Positions 56,798 through 64,000 of a stretch of DNA of 64,000 nt are shown piece after piece. A model generated the notes under the pieces. The model was not told where the DNA came from, ran no database searches, and saw nothing but the letters and a program-made list of their open reading frames with translations. How positions within the stretch are numbered: the first letter of the stretch is position 1; each line of letters opens with the position of its first letter. A program made the translations under genes and the position numbers. The stretch lies in the NCBI RefSeq assembly GCF_009914755.1, contig NC_060932.1; one strand, 5' to 3'. This DNA comes from the human T2T-CHM13v2.0 reference genome, Homo sapiens.

Positions 56798-56884
56798 ACC
56801 CTCCAATAGTTCTGTTTAAACAGATGTACCACAGATGTGGAAACATCTGGCAGGTCAACACTATTCTGCCATGACCATACTCAG
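56798..56884 (+). other. Candidate non-coding exon (87 nt)
   Basis: Strong acceptor TTTTACTTTCTTTCTTTGCAG|A and donor CAG|GTTAGG; stops in all three frames. Confidence 0.3.
56821..56849. promoter_or_regulatory. Triple E-box cluster CAGATG-N5-CAGATG-N6-CATCTG
   Basis: Motifs are directly visible; function is inferred only. Confidence 0.3.
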
Positions 56885-59496
56885 GTTAGGATTGTGCATT
56901 TTTTGACATCTAATTGTTAAGCAAGGATCCATGCATGGAAGAAGGCATTGCTTCAAATGATATATTTCTGCTTGCTTCTCCTTTCTAAAAAATATTTCAC
57001 ATGTGCTCACTGGAAATATATTTTTTGTCTACAGTTATTTTGTGTGTGTTTTAGAAATGGCTATATGATTTTCAGTGTTTTTTTTTTTTAAAGTAATCAC
57101 CTACCCAAGTGTAAGGAACAGGTTGAATTAAAATCAATAATATATTGGTTTCAGTCACTTTCATTTCTTTTCTTGTCCTAAGAGTTTTGCAGGTCCATTC
57201 AAATTACAAGAAAATTATTTCAGTTGTACACATTTAAATATACCAAGCCATCAAATTCTTGGATCTTATTTCTTCACTTAAGTTTCATATGTCTCAGAGA
57301 AGAATGAAACTTTTTTCAACATTACATATAACCAGAGAAGAGCCTTCAACTGGCTTCTTTCTGTCATTAGCATAAACGTATAGGACAAGATATACATATA
57401 ATATATGCTGTGAGTGAGTATATTTGTGGTGTTTGTAATTTTAGTTAATGTTTTTGGTAAAGGAGGGGATAGAATACTGGAAAATTAAAAAATTATAGAT
57501 TTTGAAATTATATTTTTACATTACACTTTCATAAACCTAACATTAGAAATATGCAATTTTACTGTAAAGTAGCTCTACCATTTTTTATGAAGCAAGAAAC
57601 ACTGAGACAAAGAAAATATTTTACAAAGCTCAGAGTCTGAATATCTATAACATTTACCCAAATCAGAGCAAATTAGTAAGATTTACAGCACTTTACAGAG
57701 AGTGTTAGAAAGCCCTGAGGGAAAAAGCAGATTGTACCATTTCACTCAGTACTGGAAATTTGGGTGATATGTAGTGACAATAAGAGACTTCTCACTCCTA
57801 AAGAGACTGAGGCTGTGTGACCCCAGGGATCACTGTGCACTGTGGGAAGCTGTAAAACCCATCTAATATTTATCAAGATGTGCATTGTAATGAAAACATT
57901 CTGAAATCATACACCACACAAACAACCTCAGCCTGGATAGAATAGCAAGCCAAGGAAATGTAATGATAAGCTAGGTTCTTATGCTACATTTCTCAGCCCC
58001 ATTTCTTCAGTTTCATCAGCTATTTGTTTATATTTTCTAGCCACTTTAGCATTAATCACTGAATTAGATTTATTTTCAAATGTATCATGAAATACCCACG
58101 TTTTTGAGTTTCTGTTTGTTTGCTTGCTCTCCTTTAAAACATGCAGTTTTCCTGAAAAGTCTACTTTTGTTTGTGTTTAAAATAATCCACACATCTAAAT
58201 TTTAATCAGGTTTCAGTAATATTAAATATTAACTCTGGTTCAGAAATGTATGGCTACTCCCCTGACTTCTGCTTGGAATCAACAAATGTAAACTGTGGGT
58301 TTCCACTGTATTACCACAGGACAAAAGCACCCCAAATTTTCCATTACAAGGATTCATTAAAATGAGACTTTTTTCACAAAAAGATTTTTACAATGTTGCA
58401 CTAAAGAGGTCTAGAAATTCACAAAATGATCTGCATGGCAATCAGCCCACAATGGGCTTCTAATTCCTTCACCATAGAGGCCAAGGCTACTTCCAAGTTT
58501 CCAACAAGGATCTTTGCAATGTGCTTTTTCCTTTGACAGCTGTTAATTGCCATAATGCCTACAACAGCAGATGCTGGGAGTACTCCAGATGTCTTAACAC
58601 AGTGGTAGGTCCATTCCTAATAATATCCATGGAGAGAGAAAGGCTGACTGAATATCTATAGGAATTTCTTAATCTCTAGTGTGTTGTTGACGTTTATGGT
58701 TCTAGTTGGGGAATCTGGCTGCTACCAAATGTGTATTTTTCACCTCTGGGTTTAAGTATCAGACTCTATTTAAATTTTTCTATTCCCATTAATTCTGTCT
58801 TTATATCTCTGTCTCAAGTCTTACTCAAATTCTCTCTCCTCTCTCCTCTCTCTCTCTCTGTCTCTCCACAAAATTTACTGAGCATTTTTTTTCCCTCCAG
58901 GTGCACTTAACTCATTCCTTCTTATCTCAGAAAATAAGAGTTTCCATCCTGTGTCCCTGTCTATATGCCAAAAATGCTCTGGACTGATGCAATCCAACAT
59001 GGGATATGTTTAAAAAAAATATTGGGCCATATGGAAAGATGTCTTATCGAAATACTGAAGCAATTTACTGTTTAAAGAGTAGTTTTCCATTGGACCTATT
59101 TGGTTTTGACTGTAAGCTTGTGTGCAGAAATGTTCCTTTGGTCATTCTTTCCTCAAAAGTTATGAGAGAGGAATGAAGAAAAGACCACTTAAACCGAACT
59201 GTTGAATTCAAAAAGAGCCAAGGAAAGATAATTAGTAAAACATGCTACAGAAAACATCATAAATTGTGATACTGGGCTGGTTACAAACTTTTTTGAGGGT
59301 GTGGAAAGTGGAAGTCTCCCTCTTTTACGAAAGAAAGGAGATTCTTAAATGTTCTACTTGTGTTTTCTTCCAGTCCTAATATTTACTAATATATGGTCCA
59401 ATTTTTTTGAGCTCTCTGGATTTCTACAGCTCTCATGAGCATGCCTACCTTGACATTTGATGTCACATTTCATTGATTTTTAGAAGTCATTCTTTA

Positions 59497-59996
59497 TTTT
59501 TTATTTTTTATTTTTTTATTTTTTTAGGGTTTTTTTATTATACTTTAAGTTTTAGGGTACACGTGCACATTGTGCAGGTTAGTTACATATGTATACATGT
59601 GCCATGCTGGTGCGCTGCACCCACTAACTCGTCATCTAGCATTAGGTATATCTCCCAATGCTATCCCTCCCCCCTCCCCCCACCCCACAACAGTCCCCAG
59701 AGTGTGATATTCCCCTTCCTGTGTCCATGTGATCTCATTGTTCAATTCCCACCTATGAGTGAGAATATGCGGTGTTTGGTTTTTTGTTCTTGTGATAGTT
59801 TACTGAGAATGATGATTTCCAATTTCATCCATGTCCCTACAAAGGACATGAACTCATCATTTTTTATGGCTGCATAGTATTCCACAGTGTATATGTGCCA
59901 CATTTTCTTAATCCAGTCTATCATTGTTGGACATTTGGGTTGGTTCCAAGTCTTTGCTATTGTGAATAATGCCGCAATAAACATATGTGTGCATGT
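59497..59996 (-). mobile_element. Truncated L1PA2-like 3' end (about 500 bp)
   Basis: GTGCAGGTTAGTTAC, GTGTGATATTCCCC and CCATGTGATCTC are young-L1 diagnostics, with GAG rather than ACA; possible TSD TTCTTTA. Confidence 0.93.
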
Positions 59997-60759
59997 TTCT
60001 TTAAATTTATTAAACTCCCTTGCCTTCAATCATATCAGAAGATGAAAGAGAAAAAACATGGTAAAAAGAGAAATTTTGACTCATTATTCTCCCTTCCAAA
60101 GTGAAAATAATGAAGAACAAGAAGTATAACTTTTGATTTTTTTTTGATGTGGGGAACTGCAATATTGTCTTAATTTCTTAAGGGCAGGAAAGCAACTATA
60201 TGGAAATAAGCAAATTGATTTTGGCAACCAAATCTAATTAAAACAGCTGTAGAAAAAAAACCTTTAATAGACTAAAAGTAAGATCAATAACAATAGATTC
60301 TACTAATTTATGTTTATTTCGTTTAATATTAATATGCAAATTAGTGAATGGGTAGCATCATTTACTTAATGAAAACTATTTTATTTTGAATTTGGAAATA
60401 CAGTTCACATTCTTCCCTGGTGTGCTCATTTGTACACTACTAATCCAGACTTTTCAATTCAGAATAGCTCTAGAATGACCTCTCAGCCACTATTTAATCA
60501 CTAAGATTTTTTAAAATTTGTATTCTAAGCAAATCATCAATAGGAGGTTTTACTTTCTAAATGTTCTTTTTCTACCACTTATTTTGATACTAGCGTTGGT
60601 CTTATGAATAGTATATCTGCCCATAGGTAACCTAGGAATAGAATTGAACTGTCAGGTTATGAGGTTTAAGATAAACGTGCCATTCAAATAAAAACTACAA
60701 TTATTATTTAAAGACATTTAAGATGGGAGTTGAACTAGTTGACCAGACATTAGAGAAAT

Positions 60760-60931
60760 GTATTATATCAGAATTATCAGGACCACTGTTTTTGTTGTTG
60801 TTGTTTGTTTTTTTAAAAAGGTACCTGCACCAACCCTAGGACTCCTATTCGGAATAAAATAAGGAACTTCAAATTTAAACAAGCTTTCCAAATGGTTCTT
60901 AGGCACTGCTCATGCAGTGAGCAGCCAGTGA
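60760..60931. mobile_element. MER5-like fossil
   Basis: ATCAGAATTATCAGG...TTTAAACAAGCTTTCCAAATGGTTCTTAGGCAC...GCCAGTG. Confidence 0.45.
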
Positions 60932-61285
60932 TCTAACTGGCCTACCCTCTTTTGGGTCCAGGATAGGAATGCTGAAATTGCCAAAAGGTATCCAGTGGGT
61001 CCCATGATGAAAGCTTCTGGCTTCCCTACCATTGTCAGCTACCTTTGCCTTCCCTCCTCTTTAAATAAGAAAATAGTCCAAAGAAGGCGGTGAACTCACC
61101 CCAGCCTTCCCTTCCCTAATTGTAGTAATAATCTGAGACATTACTTGAATATTCAGCAAGAGCTGTATCACATGGTGAATGCACTACTTACAACTTCCAT
61201 GCTGCTAGCTAACATGGAAATTCATAAAGGAAAATCAGACTCTCTGTCAATGAAAATAAACTTCCAGCCTCCCACAACAGGCATA

Positions 61286-61349
61286 AAATTGTAGACCTTA
61301 TTTTCTACCACTATATTAAATTGTAGACCTTATTTTCTGCCACTATAAT
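61286..61349. repeat. 32-bp tandem duplication (2 copies)
   Basis: AAATTGTAGACCTTATTTTCT(A/G)CCACTATA(T/A)T repeated. Confidence 0.95.
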
Positions 61350-61958
61350 TTATTAAAGTTTTACATAGTTTAGCTAATATAAGGGGTACACTCTAGTAAT
61401 GTGGATCCTTAATACTTAAGATTTATTAACTGAGTAACATAAATTAAGGTTTAGACCTATTTAAGTGCAAGGTCTGAGATCCTAATTTTTAAATAAATAT
61501 GACTTACAACTTACATTCCTGATATATTTCCTAGTGAAGATTCTATTACTTTAATCTACTCTAATTAGGTCTTGAGAGAACAAACACTAGAGTCATAAAG
61601 ATAAATAATTGGTATTAATTTTAAGTTGAAGTTACCTTGCAGTAACTGAGTGAATATTTCTTAACCATTATAATACTCCATTGAAATTCTAGGCCCTCGA
61701 GTTCTGTTGATTGTCAATTTTTGAGTAAAGTTTATGTTTTCTGATTATTCTTGCTCCTGACATATGACAAGATTGGATTTAATGTTTAACTTTTTTAGTT
61801 TGGAGGGCCAATAGAATTATATGAAAGTGCTCTCTCTGTCCTTAATGTATAATTTGTATTCCTGCTTATCTTGTGACTTTTTTATTGTGTGAATTTTTTA
61901 TGATTTTTCAAAATTTTTATTATACAAAATTTCAAACATAAAAAGTAGAGAGAATTCA

Positions 61959-62037
61959 TTATCTATATCTATATCTGTATCTATATCTATATCTATATCT
62001 ATATCTATATCTATATCTATATCTATATCTATATCTA

Positions 62038-62038
<1 letters not shown>
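61959..62038. repeat. (TATATC)n hexanucleotide repeat at the Alu tail position
   Basis: Directly visible; abuts the Alu 3' end. Confidence 0.95.
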
Positions 62039-62237
<199 letters not shown>

Positions 62238-63049
62238 ATATTTTCTAATTTAATGAGGAGCTCAACCTTTTACCTGCTTTCTACCGCATTCCTTTCTCCA
62301 CATTCTAAGAGCAGAAATTCTAACACGGGTTAAGGACAAGATGAAATACTGGAAACTGGAATGAGATCATGGCTCAAACAAAGGTGCAGAACTAGTGGGA
62401 AGAAAGAGAGGTTAAAAGTCATTTTCCATATGGATCCTTTGTTGGATCTCTTTGCATCCTCTTCCAGACTGATTTTTTTTCTTTCCTTTGGGTCATATGC
62501 TACTGTGGACACATCATGGCATGATGTATATATATACAACAATATCTCTTCAAAGAAAAATGGGCTTTGATATTTTTCTATATTATCTGAATTAGTTTTT
62601 TACAAAACCCTTTTTGGAATGGGGTTTATTCCACATTTCAATTAAGTTATCATAATTTGTATTCAATAATCCAAAATAAGTTGTATTATAGCTGTTGTTT
62701 TGCAGATCTTGTTGATACCCACCCCTGCAACACAACAGGAAAAAAGTTAATTGAAAGATGGGGATTTAGTGTAGCAGGCACCAGTAGGAACAACGGTTGG
62801 AGATTTCTCTTCAATGTTAAAATAGCTGATCAATGGAAGGACCAGACATTTAACATGGAATATAGGAGCTGAAAAAGACTTTAGACATTATCTAGTTCAG
62901 CATCTTTACTTTATAAAGTATTATCTGCAAATAGTAGGTAATTTTCCCTAAACCTGGATCAGATAATTGCCTTCTGCAAACAATTTCATGTCTAATGCTG
63001 GAGTTCATTGAATGGAATGGATGGGCTGGTTTAGGATTAATATTTCATC

Positions 63050-63215
63050 TGCTAAGTTAGCAAGTTCTTTATCCGAGGAAACTCAGTTTCTTCATTTCTA
63101 AAATAGGGACAAAAACAATTCTTACTTTGTAGATTTGACCTTAAGATTATTTAAGAAAAGATGTGTAAAGAATTAGAAAGTGTAGTACATGGTAAAACTC
63201 AATATGGGTTGATTG
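63050..63215 (+). mobile_element. MIR
   Basis: CTCAGTTTCTTCATTTCTAAAATAGGGACAAAAA...GATGTGTAAAG...ACATGGTAAAACTCAATA. Confidence 0.7.
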
Positions 63216-63544
63216 TAATTACTAATTGTATTAGATTGTTTATCCTAATTATTGTACTTTGAAATAATTGTTTTTAATTTAATTTAGGTTTAGTTTACAT
63301 ATTAATATTACATAAATAATAATGTAATGTTTATAAATGCCACTATTATTGCAGTTTAATTAACAGAATTCTCTAGAGCTTACACTGGCAGAAGATCTAA
63401 GGTAGATATGCACAATGGTAAAGAGATGGAGAATTATTTTCATTCTGTTTATTTCAAAGAAAAAACTTCTTTGATTTTAATAAAAATCAAATCATTGTCA
63501 AACTGCACTGGTCATTACAAGCTATGATCTTTGCAGTGAACTTT

Positions 63545-64000
63545 TCTTTTTTTATATTTTTTTAAAATTATATTTTAAGTTTTAGTGTACATGTGCACAA
63601 TGTGCAGGTTTGTTACATATGTATACATGTGCCATGTTGGTGTGCTGCACCCATTAACTCGTCATTTAACATTAGGTATATCTCCTAATGCTATCTCTCC
63701 CCCCTCCCCCCACCCTCCAGCAGGCCCCAGTGTGTGATGTTCCCCTTCCTGTGTCCTTGTGTTCTCATTGTTCAATTCCCACCTATGAGTGAGAACATGC
63801 GGTGTTTGGTTTTTTGTCCTTGCAATAGTTTGCTGAGAATGATGGTTTCCAGCTTCATCCATGTCCCTACAAAGGACATGAACTCATCATTTTTTATGGC
63901 TGCATAGTATTCCATGTTGTATATGTGCCACATTTTCTTAATCCAGTCTATCATTGTTGGACATTTGGGTTGGTTCCAAGTCTTTGCTATTGTGTATAGT
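63545..64000 (-). mobile_element. L1PA4/5-like 3' end, running off the window
   Basis: TTTAAGTTTTAGTGTACATGTGCACAATG...CCATTAACTCGTCATTTAACATTAGG...GAGAACATGCGG. Confidence 0.93.

Overview
This is AT-rich primate (human-like) nuclear DNA, intronic or intergenic, dominated by interspersed repeats. I found no intact host protein-coding gene, RNA gene or CRISPR-like system. The long ORFs in the track come from L1 ORF2, the THE1 internal region, Alu or an ERVL. Main elements: a 5'-inverted (twin-primed) L1PA3-like insertion with a 13-bp TSD (9.1-12.6 kb); five more L1PA 3' ends; two L1MC1-like elements, one also apparently 5'-inverted; a near full-length THE1D-like MaLR provirus with a MER50-family LTR nested in its 3' LTR; a decayed ERVL pol/dUTPase remnant with an LTR16-like end; several Alus, solo LTRs, L2/MIR fragments and DNA transposon fossils. 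Structure the repeats do not explain: an old local direct duplication (15.2-16.4 kb), a nested fold-back inverted duplication around a TA palindrome (37.1-37.5 kb), a long hairpin inside L1MC1 (45.0-45.2 kb), a minus-strand bias of young L1s, three candidate exons and a triple E-box cluster. Subfamily names come from recalled consensus sequences, not a database search. I cannot support a new biological system from this sequence, and I could not identify the locus.
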